The notes: a model not told the origin generated them from the sequence alone. A stretch of DNA of 63,723 nucleotides, filler included, from Xylographa opegraphella (GCA_022813865.1; 5 parts of 5 records of this genome joined end to end with filler, not necessarily neighbours in it), one strand, 5' to 3'. Shown: positions 1-13,630, counted from the first letter of the whole stretch. Made by a program: numbers and translations.

Positions 1-124
1 AAGTTAAAATAAACAGTGCTAACGCCAAGACTCTTAACCGCTTTCGAACTAGCCTGAGTCCCGGGTGCGCTTTAGTCCCGTTCCGTCTATCACTTGTTAA
101 GGTGCTATGTAACACGCCGTTACA
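1..124 (-). mobile_element. Short LTR family A, partial copy cut by window start
   Basis: Reverse complement of TGTAACGGCGTGTTACA...GGCGTTAGCACTGTTTATTTTAACTT, near-identical to copies at 8125, 14715 and 27989. Confidence 0.85.
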
Positions 125-1330
125 ATTGCCCTCGTATTTGTGGTAAAACGATGAATTTTTGCATTTTTTTCTTATATACCTATATTTAAAACAATTATAA
201 TACTGTAGCATTCTGCATCCTCTTTTAAAATACTCACATTCGTATTTCTAGTATAATTTTAAAAAGCCGTAGTCGAGTATGCGGTTAGCCATTGCCTCGC
301 TGGCTATTTTTATAAAAATTAATAAAAACATTTTATTGCTTTCAACTGCCTTCTTGAGCCACGCTACCCGAAGGATCTCCTGGTTCGAGTGAAGTCTTTC
401 GTTCTTTTTTTGCAGCGTTTTTATTAGGGTCTTCTGATCCTTTGTGTTTAATGTAGTTCGAACCTCGTGTATTAGCATCGAAAACTTACGACGTAACACC
501 TGTGTTACGGCTCATCAACTCACCACACAAGCACGCCTAGAACGTAAGCTTTAGGTGGACGATTTCAACCNNNNNNNNNNNNNNNNNNNNNNNNNNNNNN
601 NNNNNGGGCGAGACTATATACTAAAGGTGCTAGTCCTGATCCAGCCCGACCCCTATCACCTGTGACTGACGTCATAGCCGTCACAACCTGCGCAGAATTT
701 GCGATTTCTTTGATTCAGCTGAAATTATTTTTTAATTTGCTTCTCGCTTCCGCGTCCACCGTATAAATCGCTACGTTTTTATTAAAAAAACGCCTGGTGA
801 ACGTAATTAAGCCTTTTATTTCCGGCCTTTTTATTTTTAGGCCTTGGAGAAGTTATACCGAACTTTTGCTGTTCAATTGACCTTTATTTTCGGTCGTGTT
901 TACCCTTATTATGATTTCTCTCGCCTTCTTAATAGGCGGGGCGTTTAATAAGCGCCTGGATTTCGCTGTATTTATTACTACCTTTGCCAATGAGCGTGTT
1001 TCGGATCGTACCTGGCTTTGCTAAGTACTCGATGTTGTTGTTACTACGTTTTATTTTATCGTTTCTAGCAGATCAAAGACCTGCTTGTTTAAAAAAACGA
1101 CCTGCCTGATCAATTTCTCCCTCTCCCTCCTTAACTTCGCGATCTCGGCGTTTTCCTGGCGTTTCGTATAATTGTATTCGGCGAGTAGATTTCTAAAAAG
1201 ATTTTCCAGGGTTTTATAATTCTCCTTTTTTACTTCTTTAAGGGTGTATTAACTGTTTTTAAAATCTTCCTGGGTTTCGTACCCTTGACGCAGTTGACTT
1301 AACTGTAAAATGAACGTGTTTTCAAGAATT
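125..1330 (-). mobile_element. RIP-degraded LINE (Tad1-like) ORF1/gag relic
   Basis: Minus-strand translation LIHEVRT...EILRVAWLKKAVES...ANRILDYG then GCRMLQYYNCFKYRYIRKKC, which restores to a C-x2-C-x4-H-x4-C knuckle by reversing transitions; interrupted by a family B LTR. Confidence 0.7.
503..685 (-). mobile_element. Solo LTR family B (183 bp)
   Basis: TG...CA termini; 5-bp TSD ACCTG at 498-502 and 686-690; matches five other copies. Confidence 0.9.
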
Positions 1331-3700
1331 TACTTCACCTCTTATGTGGTTGTTTTATTTTTAATTATTAATATTAATTTAATATTTTTATTATTTATAA
1401 CGCGTTTAATTTTAACCGTAATTTTAAAATTAACAAATTTTACGAAAATATATTTTCAAAAATTAAACATATATAAAATTATCTTTTTTTATTTTAAAAC
1501 CTTGGTTTTTAATTATTTATTAATATAAAAAATTTTAAATAATAAAAACGATAATTTAATTCTTTGCGTTTACTTTAATATATTACGCGATGATAAATAA
1601 ATTAAATTTTTTATAATTATTTACTATATTTATTATGGCCCTATAATTAATACTTAAAATCAAATAGAAAAACGATATTATAATATTATAAAATAAAACT
1701 TCGTAAAATATAGTAATTTGATAATAAGGTAATTTTTTAACGTAGTTAAAACGTAGCCGGGTTTATAATTTATTGAATTGAAAAAATATATAATTAATTT
1801 TAGTAAAATAAAAAAAATTTAAAGTTTCGCCTTAAATATATTTTAAACTAACTACAATCAAAAGGTTCGAAAGAGAATCAAAAAAAATTAAGAAAATCGC
1901 AGGGCCTTCGTTTATTTTCTAGAAACTTTTATCGTCAAACGATTATATTCGCCTGAAGAGCCCCTTTCGAGGGCGCCTCTCGGGGACTCGAGTTTATAAA
2001 CTTCTATTTCAACAGTAATATTTTTTATTTAAAAATTTGACTATAAAATCGCGAACGCGATCGATATTCGATCTTAAATTGATTTATTAAATATTAATAT
2101 TTAAATTTAAATTTAAATATTTTTAAAAGTTTATTTATAAAAGTGTATTTTACTATATATTATTTTTTTAATATTATTTTAATATATATAATAAAGATTA
2201 TAAATACTCGAATATTATTATTTTTAATTATTATTAAATTTTTGTATTTATTAATTAAAGTTTATACGTTTTTATAAAATATATAATTTTTAATTATATA
2301 AATATTATTAATGTTTTTTACGTTGAGGTTAAAAGATTTAATATTGTTTATTTCAATCATATTAGTTAATTATTATAGAGCAGTTTAAAAGATTTATTAT
2401 TTTATCAAATTAAAAACTTTTTATACAATATTTTTGCGAATTGTATTATTTATTTTTAAATATAACATAATATTAAAAATCTTTAAATAAAGATTTAATA
2501 CTTTTAAAGTATTATAAAAAAATAAAATCAAAGTTAAAGTTATTTTTAAATATTTATTCGAACTCGAATTTTTCATCGAATATATTAAACTTAATGTTTT
2601 TAAAAGTTATGATATATTTTCGTATATTTTGAATACGTATATTTAAAATTCGAAAATTTGACTCGTTTAAAAGCCGAGAACTTTAATATTTAACGTGAAA
2701 AATAAGAGTAAAATAAGAATTAAAATTAAACGTATGAATTCTTTAATGAAAATTCATTATTATAATTAAAATAAAAATCTAATTAATTTAATAGCAAACT
2801 TAAATTGTTTAATCAATAGAAATGATAAAAATTAAATAAAAACGATAGCATAATTTTTTTTAAAAAATATTAAATAATACGAACGAAAATTTTCTCAATA
2901 ATTTATTTCGATTAAAATTAACGAAAAGTATTCTAATAAATCAATTATAAATTTTAAAATTAACGAAAGTAAAATTTAATAGAATTGATATTTTAAAACA
3001 TTATTATTATCTTGTAAATTTTCTTTCGTATCAATTTAATTAAATATTAATTCTATTGATATTTAAAGTTTATAAACGATTATAATAAATAAATTTAAAA
3101 ATTAATTTGTGTTGAAAATCAGGGCGTTAGCAGTCTGTGTTGTTGGTCCTTTACTATAGCCGATTAGGCCTAGCTTAGTNNNNNNNNNNNNNNNNNNNNN
3201 NNNNNNNNNNNNTCCAGAAGAACTCTTCACCTTCTTAGTGATTAAGCAATGCACTGTTACCTGCTGCCATTACCTGCGCCTAGTGACTAGTTTCAATAAT
3301 TTGTTAAATTCAAAAATTGCTACAATAATAATAATTTTTATAAAAATAATTAAAAAAATTCAGCGAAAAAGATTTCTAATTTATGTTTAAAAAATAAATA
3401 ATACGTTTAATCAAATACGACAAAGGGTAAAGAAATATAATAATATTTTAATAAATTAATAATTTATTGAAGAATTTTAATATTATTAAATTAATAATAA
3501 CATAATATTATTAATATATTACAAATAATATAAAACTTTTAAATAAATAAAAGAAATTATAAAATCGAGTTTTATTATATTAAGCCTTTTTCGCTATTTT
3601 TATAAAAACAGGCGGGATAAAATTATACAACGTGAGAGCCTCTGCAAGGAAATTACTCACAGGATGAATTTTAAAGAGAAAATCTCGTAAAAATTATTAA
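1330..3700. repeat. AT-rich degraded transposon block, unclassified
   Basis: Very low GC, residual C/G mostly in CpG, no credible ORF. Confidence 0.6.
3110..3298 (+). mobile_element. Solo LTR family C (about 189 bp, TGTTGAAA...TTTCAATA)
   Basis: 5-bp TSD ATTTG at 3105-3109 and 3299-3303; matches copies at 10060, 13731 and 53284. Confidence 0.85.
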
Positions 3701-3749
3701 TTACATGATTGAAAGTCACGTTTTATAAATCTTATCAAATATATTTATT

Positions 3750-4394
3750 CATTAGCAAAAAGGAAAAACGAAAATTCAACCAAAAAGTAGATTTTTTAAG
3801 CAAAAAATAAATATGCAGAAATAGTATAATATTTTAAAATTTTGTATATTTTTCAAATATTTTTTACGTAATTAACACGTTTAACACGTTTAATACGTTT
3901 AGCAATTTTTTTTATTAAATTAAAAATTTAAAAGAAATGTTTCAAAATAATTAAATCGTTTAAAAATTATATTTAAAAATTATTAAAAATAAATAAAAAT
4001 AAAATAAATAAAAAATGTTTTAAATCCCATTAAGCAGGCCTTTTACTAAATTTATATATTTAATATAAAAGCGTAAAAAATTAATTTACGTAACAAATTC
4101 ATATTCGTTAAATTTTTTAAATTACGTTGAACATTCGTTAAGTTATAACGTTAATAAATATTTACGAATATTATTTATTAATTTAAAACTTTATAATTTA
4201 TTTTATTTTTAATTATATTTTAAAAACGTAATTTAAACGTATTTTAAATATATAAAATATTTATGAAAAAAGTTAAAAATAAATTTTTTTGCTAAATATG
4301 CCAAACGTGCTGAATGTGTTAAATACGCAAAAAGCATACTTTTTGACCGATATGTAAAATTTTAAATTTTAAGCAAGAAGTCTTTTTGCTGATG
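3750..4394. mobile_element. Non-autonomous TIR element (about 650-700 bp), RIP-degraded
   Basis: Ends CATTAGCAAAAAG...CTTTTTGCTGATG; subterminal near-palindrome CAAAAAG-CATA-CTTTTTG; other copies at about 13490, 40025 and 55875-56567. Confidence 0.6.
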
Positions 4395-4633
4395 TTTTTA
4401 ATTTATTAATTGATAATAACTTAACTTAAAAGGGCTTAGCGACGAACGTTAATCTGTAAAAATTTAACGCCCCATACGTTTGAAACTTTGAGGCAAAGAA
4501 ATTCTTCGTTTCGCTAACCTGCTTAGTCGGCAAATCACACATTGCCAAGGCTTAAGAGATCTTATAAGTTTAATATAACAGATTTTGCTAAACGCCCCAT
4601 TCATATTGCCAAAACTTATCGATTATTCGCTGA

Positions 4634-6140
4634 ATGGCTAATTCTCAGCGCTCTTGCATAGGCTTTGTTGGGCTAGGTGCTATGGGATTTGGAATGGCCA
4701 CGAACCTGGTCAAGCGGGGTTATTCAGTGAAGGGGTTTGACGTCTACCCACCCACTGTGCAAAAATTTGGTGACGCAGGTGGACTCATGGCTTCATCCCT
4801 GGCTGAAGCTGCAGAGATGTACTGTATTTGCATGGTAGCAACACCAGCACAAGTTCAGTCTGCCTTGTTTGATGTGGAAGGATCGCTGTCTAAATGTATG
4901 TTTGTTCTGTTATGAGAACAGTAATGTCATTCCTGAAGATATAGAACGTCGCCAGCGCACTGACACGATGAGGACAAGAAAGCTCTCCCCAAATATGCCA
5001 CGTTACTTCTCTGCTCGACTACTCCTTCGGTTTATGTCCAGTCTGTTCAGGCAGAGTTAATGCGTAAAGGGCGCGATGACATCTTCCTGGTTGACTGTCC
5101 CGTATCGGGCGGCGCCACGCGAGCCGATGAAGGCACGTTATCCATCATGGCTGCCGGTTCAGACAAGGCCATTCAAGCGGCAAAGTTTTTGCTCGAAGAG
5201 ATGTCTGGGACTTGCAGATTGGCAATCGTCCCCGGAGGTATCGGCGCAGGAAGCGATATGAAAATGGCACACCAAGTGCTAGCCGCCATACATATCCTTG
5301 CTGCAAATGAGGCGATGGGCCTAGCATCGAGACTGGGTCTGGATGTATCGCAAACTCGAAATTCGATTGTGAATTCTGAAGCTTGGAGTTTTATGCATGA
5401 AAACAGATCGCCACGGATGTTGGAACAAAAGTATATACCACCAACCAGTGCATTAACAATTATATTGAAGGACGCTGTACGTTGAGATTCCGTCAAAAGG
5501 GGCCTATGGTGAAATGTTGCGTGGCTAATCAATGTTCCATGCCTCGAAGGGGATAATTACCTCTATGGCTCGTCTCCGACGATTTCCTACTCCGCTCACG
5601 TCAACAGCCGAGCAAGTATACCTTTCAGGCCTCTCGCGTGGTATGGGCCCGGAAGATGATGCTGGATTAATCCGACTTTATCTCCAGGAGCCCGGTTTAC
5701 AACAGGTCTCGAGTCCTAAAGCAGCTAAGAGGAATTCTGCCTCCGATATGAAACTTGTCATCTCGCTCCTCAGGGGCATACATCTTTGTGCTGCTGCTGA
5801 GAGCATTGCTTTTGCCGACCACCTTGGGCTCAACCTATCGCAATTCTTCGATGTAGTGAATTCTGCGGCGGGTGGAAGCTGGATCTTTCGCGACCGCGCT
5901 CCAACAATGATCGCAAATCACGGAAAGCATCAAAAAACTGAATGGATCATGCATGATAGGCTGAGCAACATCAAAACTTCCGTAGATAGTATGTCAGCCG
6001 TTGTACAAGCAGCAAGAGACGTCAATTGTCCGCTATACCTCGGCAACGCGGCGCTCAACATTCTGCTGACCATGAAACATAGGGGCTGGGACGAGTGTAC
6101 GGATGAGAGCGTAGTAAAATTTTGGGGTAATCAAACGTAG
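4634..6140 (+). CDS. Beta-hydroxyacid dehydrogenase (3-hydroxyisobutyrate/6-phosphogluconate dehydrogenase family) with duplicated C-terminal NAD-binding domain; 2 introns
   Basis: GFVGLGAMGFGMA Rossmann motif, DCPVSGG, GAGSDMKMAHQ; GT-AG introns at about 4896-4982 and 5477-5549 restore one frame. Confidence 0.88.
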
Positions 6141-6471
6141 TGTTCTCAATTTGTCTTCTTTCGCAAAAAAAGTACTTATCGTAGCGACAATCGGCTGGAA
6201 GTCGAAGACAACTTAAGCAGCAATAAAGGTGCTTAGATCATTTCCTTTAGGGAGAGTTCACAATTTACAGTTTACACCTTTGCATTAACTTGATAAATTT
6301 GCAGCTTTTGAATCAGGGTCAATTCCTGATAAATTGAAATAATAATAAAACATGCCTTACCAAGCCTGTATAGTTCAGGTTGTGCATAGAAATACTCACA
6401 GTTGAATCACTTCGATCGATAAATTCAAACAAATTTATTGACTTGTGGGCTGTTATTATACATTTTAATCA

Positions 6472-7238
6472 TTATGGCTCCGCGGAGTCCCTTTGTCTAG
6501 GAAGCACCGATTCTCTCGCTAGTATATCAATCCCGTAGTTCCGTTTGATTCTCTCCAGTCTCCTCTCCTCGTACCCTGAACCATATACGCCTGGTTACTC
6601 GATCAGCTTCCATCAAAGCTTAATATTGTTTATTTAGAAGACTCACCTCTGCCTTCACCTAAGTCGTTAATTGTTTCTTGAATGGGCACACGTCTGTTCT
6701 TACGCAATTGCTGCTTCCGTTCATATTCATCCACGTCTGCTTCTTTCTCGTAGCCAGTTAGAACTCCCCCGGTGTAGTCGAAAGTTCCTAGGAATACTGC
6801 AAGTCCAGCTCCGTATCCGAGGACCGCTGGGATAGTACGAACTAGCTTTGTCAACATTGTATCCTTAGTGTGATCCTCAATTTCCACAAACATCTCATCC
6901 CCAGGACGGAGCCCGCAAGGAAACCCCCAATTGCCGTGTTCCAGCTATCATCTTTTTCTCTAAGGTTTGCCGAAGCAAGCTTCGTGAATTCGTAAGTTCC
7001 GCCCATTGCAGCTTGTATGCAACATCAGTTCTTGACACTTCAGGACACAATGGTGCATACCAAAAACAGCAATCGTTCCTCCTGTTCTTGTGAATATCCC
7101 CCACGCAGTAACATTCTGTTTCGTAAGAGTATTTTGGACCGAGGATACTAATGCGCCAGCTGCCCCAGTCACCAAACTTGATTTGATGCCTGCTGTTACG
7201 GCGTCCTTCGGTTGGTACACATTGTCCTGCGACGCCAT
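6472..7238 (-). CDS. NADH:ubiquinone oxidoreductase 21.3 kDa subunit (NDUFA11-like, Tim17 family); 3 introns
   Basis: YQPKDAV...GALVSSVQNTLTKQN...FTRTGGTIAVF; LGYGAGLAV...FDYTGG...RKNRRVPIQETINDLGEGRG; canonical splice sites. Confidence 0.88.
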
Positions 7239-7409
7239 CGTGTACCTATCACTTGGGCGGAGTGTTTGTGGCTTGAAGTTAGGACAAAAAACTCATCTAT
7301 GGTGGGATGTCACAAAGAACATCTAGTATGTGTCAGATAAGTTAAGTGATGTTACTGATGTACGATGTTTCCCTGGCGCATTGAATAAAATCAGGCTAAA
7401 GCTGTCAAA

Positions 7410-7826
7410 ATTATTGCAGCGGAGCTGCTATTAGGATGGGGGTCCAAATCGAAGTCCGGGCGCTAGTGATACAGTATTTCCGTGCCGAATCAGTACAATA
7501 TTTCTTTTTTAATTTTAATTTTAACGGGGCCTTGATTTTTTACAACGTTATATATTTAGCGAAATATTTTTTACGTTAAATTTTCGTATTGCAGCAAAAT
7601 TATTATTAAAATAAAATTTTTTTGAATTAAATTCAAGCGTTATTAATACAGTATTTTCGTATCGAATTAAAATAATATTTCTTTTTTAAATTTAATATTA
7701 ATGGGGACTTAGTATTTCAGAACGTTATATATTTAATGAAAAATTTCTTTACGCTAAATTTTTTATTATAACGAAATTGCTATTAAAATAAAAAAAATTA
7801 AATCGAAATTCGAACGTTAATAATAT
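7410..7826. repeat. Tandem repeat of about 177 bp, about 2.4 copies
   Basis: TACAGTATTT recurs at 7470 and 7647; flanks align with mostly transition differences. Confidence 0.75.
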
Positions 7827-8124
7827 TATCACGAGTAATATAAATCTTTTGTGTAAATGAAAAAAATAATGAAAATTTATGGAATATAGTTTTATTATAT
7901 TAAATTTGTTTACGTTGATTCTGCAAAAAACAAATAAAATAAAAGCTTTGCAAAATAAAAATTTTAATAAAAAAAATCACGCATAAAATAAATTTCAGCG
8001 AGAAAACGACGCAGTGGCTACAAGTCACGTGATTAAAAATCACGTTTTGGCAAATTGTATTAATATAATATTTTCGTTTTGAATTAATACAATATTTTTT
8101 GAATTTCATTTTAACGAGATTTTG

Positions 8125-8356
8125 TGTAACGGCGTGTTACATGGCACCTTAACAAGTGATAGACGGAACGGGACTAAAGTGCGTCCGGGACTCAGGCTAG
8201 TTCGAAAGCGGTTAGGAGTCTTGGCGTTAGCACTGTTNNNNNNNNNNNNNNNNNNNNNNNNNTAAACTTGCTTCCTTGTATTATTCTAGGTTGAAATCGC
8301 TCACCTATAGCTGTGGTTCTAGGCCTGCTTTTCTGGTGAGATAGCGAGCCGTAACA
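8125..8356 (+). mobile_element. Short LTR family A (about 231 bp)
   Basis: TGTAACGGC...GCCGTAACA termini; internal N gap; flanks TTTTG/GTTAA do not form a TSD. Confidence 0.85.
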
Positions 8357-10059
8357 GTTAAAATAAAAAACGTTTAACGCGTTAAAAGTAATTTTTTAAA
8401 TTAATGTAATATTCATATATTTCAATTTAAATAAAAAAGTATAAATTAAATCGATTTCGTTCGATTTCGTAATAATAGCAGTAATATCGCAAAAAAAAAA
8501 TTAAGGAGTATTAAAATCGATAATTTTTTATTGAAAAAAATAAACCTTTAAAAACATAATTACGATATTTACGATAAAGAACTACTGGCGGTTATACGCG
8601 CTTTTGAAAATTAAGATTTAAAATTATTTAAAATATCGATAGAAAATTTAATTCAAATGATAATAAATTATAAAAATTTAAAATAAATTTATAATATTTA
8701 AGCTGTTAAATCGTCGTTAAATAAAATAAGCGAAATTTCTTTCGAAGTTTAATTTTAAATTTTATATAAATTTAGAAAATAAAATACAAAACCAAATAGT
8801 TTAATTCAAAAGTTGAAAAATATTTTATTTATTTCGAGATTACGATAATAATCGAAATTAATATTAATATCAAATAATTATGAAAGATTAAAATTCAAAA
8901 TTCAAATGAAAATAAAAAAGGCAATAAAATTGTTTAATATATTTTTAAACGACTACGAGAAATTAATCGTTTAAATAATATTTATAATTTATAATTTAAC
9001 CGAAAAAAGTATAAAAAATAAAAAATAAATTTCGAAAGTAAAAATAAAATTATTTAAAAAAGAATTTAAAAGAATTATTATAAAATTTATCTGCGAATTT
9101 GAAAAACGATAAAATATAAAAAACTTATTTCCTTAAAGTAATATTACCGCGGAAATACTTAATAAAAAGTTTTTAAAGAAATTATTAAATAAATCGAAAA
9201 TTATTAAATATATAAAAAAAATCTATAAAAGCGATAAAGTAATTTAAAGAATTATTAATATAAAATAAAATATTATATTATAATTTAAAATGAAGAAATT
9301 ATATTAAAATAGAAATAAAACAGTGCCGCGTAAAAATAATTTATTTCACGTAAATAAAAAACTTTACGTATTAAAAAGGAAAATGATATACGAATAAAGC
9401 TTTAAAAAATATACGAATTTTCGTCGAAAGGCTACGCAGGCCGTCATTTAACGTATAATAAAATAAATTAATAACATCATTAATCGCGAATAATAAACTC
9501 GGTATTTTAATATATAAAAAACTGCAATATATATAAAAAATCGAAAAGTTATAAAGAAAAGATATAAGGCTTTTTAAAATTATTATCGATTTTTAAAAAT
9601 ATTAAATCGATATTTCTATTGATTTTTTAACCCTTTTTTGATATATAAAAAATATAAAGAAAGTTTTAATATATTATAATAATAATAAATCGACTTTTTA
9701 AAAAACGAAAAATCATAATATTAAACTTTATAACTATAAAAATAATAACACAGGCATTTTTAAATATATTTAAAAAAATATTTTAAAATAATCGTTTTCG
9801 ATAAAAAAACGTAATTCATATTATATTTTTAAAAAAAAATAATACTTGCGTATAGAAACAAAGTTGAAAATATTTATATGTTTTTATTCAAAAACGAACG
9901 AATAAAAGAAAAATATAAATATTAATTTAAAATACTATTTTCGAGCATACGTAAACTATATATAAAATAATTCAGTAAATTTCTTGTTTATTATAAAATT
10001 TAACGTAAATTCGAAGAAGATAACTTTATTAAAATAATATTATTCTTAATTATGAAAGG
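8357..10059 (+). mobile_element. RIP-degraded Ty3/Gypsy pol (RNase H to integrase)
   Basis: NYDIYDKELLAVIRAFEN readable at about 8559-8612; integrase-like remnants downstream; many stops. Confidence 0.8.
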
Positions 10060-10248
10060 TACTGAAACTAATCACTAGGCACAGGTAATGGCAGCAGGTA
10101 ACAGTGCATTGCTTAATCACTAAGAAGGTGAAGAGTTCTTCTGGAGACGGGGCTCCANNNNNNNNNNNNNNNNNNNNNACTAAGCTAGGCCTAATCGGCT
10201 ATAGTAAAGGACCAACAACACAGACTGCTAACGCCCTGATTTTCAACA
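10060..10248 (-). mobile_element. Short LTR family C
   Basis: Reverse complement of 3110-3298; N gap; flanks AAAGG/GAAAA are not identical. Confidence 0.85.
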
Positions 10249-10432
10249 GAAAATATATTTAACTTATTTTATAATTTTGCTTATAAAATAAGAACTTTTA
10301 ATATAAATAAAAATTGCACGAAAATTATTATATTTATCAAAATTATTAATTTATTACTATATTTTTTGTTTATTTATTAACGAATTCAACCCAGATTTTT
10401 AATTAAATTATATTAATAAAATTTAAAATCGT

Positions 10433-10522
10433 AATATTTTGAATATTTTGAATATTTTGAATATTTTGAATATTTTGAATATTTTGAATATTTTGAATAT
10501 TTTGAATATTTTGAATATTTTG
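10433..10522. repeat. 9-bp minisatellite (AATATTTTG) x10
   Basis: Perfect tandem array at the LTR/internal junction. Confidence 0.95.
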
Positions 10523-12309
10523 AAAATAAATATATTAAAAATACGATCAAATTCAATTTTAAGTATTGCAAAAAGTAATAAAAAGTATTTTTTAAAAAAT
10601 AATCGTATTAAAATTAAAAAATATCGATAAATACAAAGAAATAGGGACTATTTAAAAAATTAATTTATACAAATAAATATATTTTTAAATTATTAAAAAT
10701 ACCTCGTTTCGAAATTGAAAAAATAATTTTTCGTTGCTATTTATATACGAAAGTAAGTTTAAAAATACATTAATTTTTGTATTAAAAAATATTTTAGCAA
10801 TTCTGACAACGAAATTTTTAAATAAATGAAAAACTTTACAACGTTTAAAATCAAAATTAAAAGAATTTTTAAATTGTTAAACGAAATAAATATAATTATA
10901 CGAATTATATAGTATTTTAAATAAAAGAAATTGCGCAGAATATTTAACTTGATCTTAACAGTTTATAATTTAAATAAAATGGAATAATAATACCTTAATT
11001 ATAATATATCGCAGAGAACTTAAAAATTCGAAAAAAAATAAATTAATAAAAACGAGCATTGTAATTAAAATTATAAATTAAATAATCGAAATATATATAA
11101 AAATCGATAATAAATTATATGAAAAAACTATGAAACGTAAATACGAAATCGAAGGTATAGCAAAAGCTAATTATTGAATAAAAATTTTTCAAAAAAAATT
11201 AAATAAAACGTTAAACCTTTACGAATTATAATAATAAAAATAAAGACATTTCAGGAATAAAAATATAGTTTAAAAACTAATCATTACGGAATAAAAAATA
11301 AAAAATACTTATTACGTATATAAAAAATCGATTATATTATTAAAAATTATCGATCAAAAAATAAAGTACTTAAATTATAAATAAATATATATTTAAAATT
11401 TTCAGTAAAGTCGAAATTTGAAGGAAAAAGTATAGAACTATTTTGATGCAAAAGAAAATACGAAACTTATTTTAATTTTAAGTAATTAAATTAATATTAA
11501 TAAAATATACGAAAGAATTAATTTATAAAAAATATAATTAATATAAAATAAATAGCCTTTAAATAAAAATTAATAAAAACGAAAAAACGACTTAAACGTT
11601 AGTAATTTACAAATTAAAGAAAATTTCGAATATTAAAACGTTAAATTAAACAATTTTAATAATTAAACTTATAAAAAAATTAACAAGTTAATAGCGTCGA
11701 TAAAAATTAAAAAATATATATATAATCTTTAAATAAACTTAATATACTAAAAAAACCTAAATTTTATAAATTTTATAAAGATTTTATTTAAAGTGAATAA
11801 TTATTAAATATTAAAGTTAATTTAAATTATATATTTAATCCTTTCATGAAAAGCTGCGGTTTCGAATCCTGCATTTTAAATAAATTTAAATAATAATGAC
11901 CGACGAATTATTAAAAAAAACGATAAATAAAATTACTTTGTAATGTTGTTTATGAATATTATAAAAAATAATTTTTGATATAATTATTATAACCAGATAC
12001 CATATTATTTTAAACTTATTTTAATAAATTAAAGATAATATATTTTGAAATAAAAATAAAAAGTATTTACGAAAAAGTATATTAATCGCATTATAAATAT
12101 ATATTTTATATATCGATAAAGGATAATAGTAAATAAAAAAATCGGAAATCGATTAAAATTATAAAAATTTTATTTTTAAATAATAACGATTTTTTAAAGT
12201 TCGACTCGATATATACTAACAAAAGTTTACGGGGCGAATAAAATCAAAGTTTAAAAAAATTACGTACTTTTTAATATTTTTAAAAAATATAAAAAATAAA
12301 TATGATTTT

Positions 12310-12492
12310 TGTGACGATTATGACATCAGTCACAAGTAATAGGGGTCGGGCTGGATCAGGACTAGCACCTTNNNNNNNNNNNNNNNNNNATGGAGCAGCC
12401 TCATCGCTTCTCCATCTTAATCTGGGTTGAAATCGTCCACCTAAAGCTTACGTTCTAGGGGTGCTTATGTGGTGAGTTGATGAGCCGTAACA
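12310..12492 (+). mobile_element. Solo LTR family B
   Basis: TSD ATTTT on both sides; inserted in the Gypsy pol. Confidence 0.9.
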
Positions 12493-13572
12493 ATTTTATT
12501 GAAATATATATTGTAAAACTGCGAAATTAATTTCGAATTAAGGAAGAAATCAACGTTTAATATTTTTCATCAATTATCGGAAATGAAATGATAATATTAT
12601 TAAAAATTATTATTTATCACTAAAAATTAGCAAAATATAAAATAAATTTAACAAAGCAAGAATTTTTATTAAATTTAATTTTAAAGGCGTGTATAATTTA
12701 ATTAAAATAAAAGCTAAAAAAGAATAAAAAACTGTATGTCGAAGAAAATATAAATACTACAAATATTAAATTATGCCTTTTAAATTAAATAACATACCAG
12801 TTACTTATTAAGTATTAATTCATAACGTATTAAAAATATACTTAAATTTTACGATAGTGATTTGTTTAAACGATATACTCGTTTACTTAAACTTAGCAGA
12901 AAAATATAATATATATATAAAAGATACAAATATATTTAAAAAAGACAAAGTTAGTTTTTAAACCTAAAAAATATGAATTTAATAGGAACAAAATAATGTT
13001 CCTAAAGTTTATAATGAATAGAAACGAAATAAAAAAATTATACTTAAATGACCTAAATTAATAACGATTAAATAAATATTAAAATTTTTAAGGTTTATAA
13101 ATTTTAATAGAATTTTTATCAAAAGTTGTCTTAAAAGAGCGATATTTCTAACGAATTTAATACATAAAAATATATATTTTAATAATATTTTAAACAGAAA
13201 AATTTAAAAAATTAAAATAAGCGTATTAAATTTGATTATAAAAGCATATTTATTATAAATATAAAACGAGAAATGGTATTCTATCGTATATTTTTGAAGC
13301 AAATATTATAAATAAAATAAAATAATAATATTTACGACAAAAAACTGCATACGAAAATAATATTAATATAGTATTAAAAAATATATACTAAAATTAAATC
13401 TTACGATATATATAAATTGTAAAAATTTATTAAATCTTATAACAAAAGTATTTAATAAAAAAAGGTTCGATAAGCTAGGTTTTTAAAATAATATTAGTAA
13501 AAAGGACAAACGAAAATTCGATCAAAAAGCATACTTTTTGCGTAAAAAGCAGATTTGCAGAAATAGCACAAG

Positions 13573-13630
13573 TGTTACGATCCTGCCTCTCACTAGTATA
13601 GTTCGATTAGGGATCTGGGTTGGATTCGTC
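13573..13630 (-). mobile_element. Unmutated LTR family D end, cut by scaffold end
   Basis: TGTTACGATCCTGCCTCTCA... is the reverse complement of the end of 45373-45725. Confidence 0.8.

Larger units (their letters stand above)
10249..13490 (+). mobile_element. RIP-degraded Gypsy element of LTR family D (partial 5' LTR, gag, protease, RT, partial RNase H)
   Basis: LTR 3' part to 10436; colinear with 56860-60400; RT relics of LDLKGAYNLIR, MPFGLTNAP and YLDDILVY type at about 12670-12890. Confidence 0.75.

Noticed and set aside
1958..1992. GC-rich hairpin GAGCCCC...GGGGACTC as a Helitron end
   Set aside because: No CTRR terminus or second copy seen to support it.
10439..10630. ORF with (NIL)n repeat
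   Set aside because: Translation of a 9-bp minisatellite in a degraded element.
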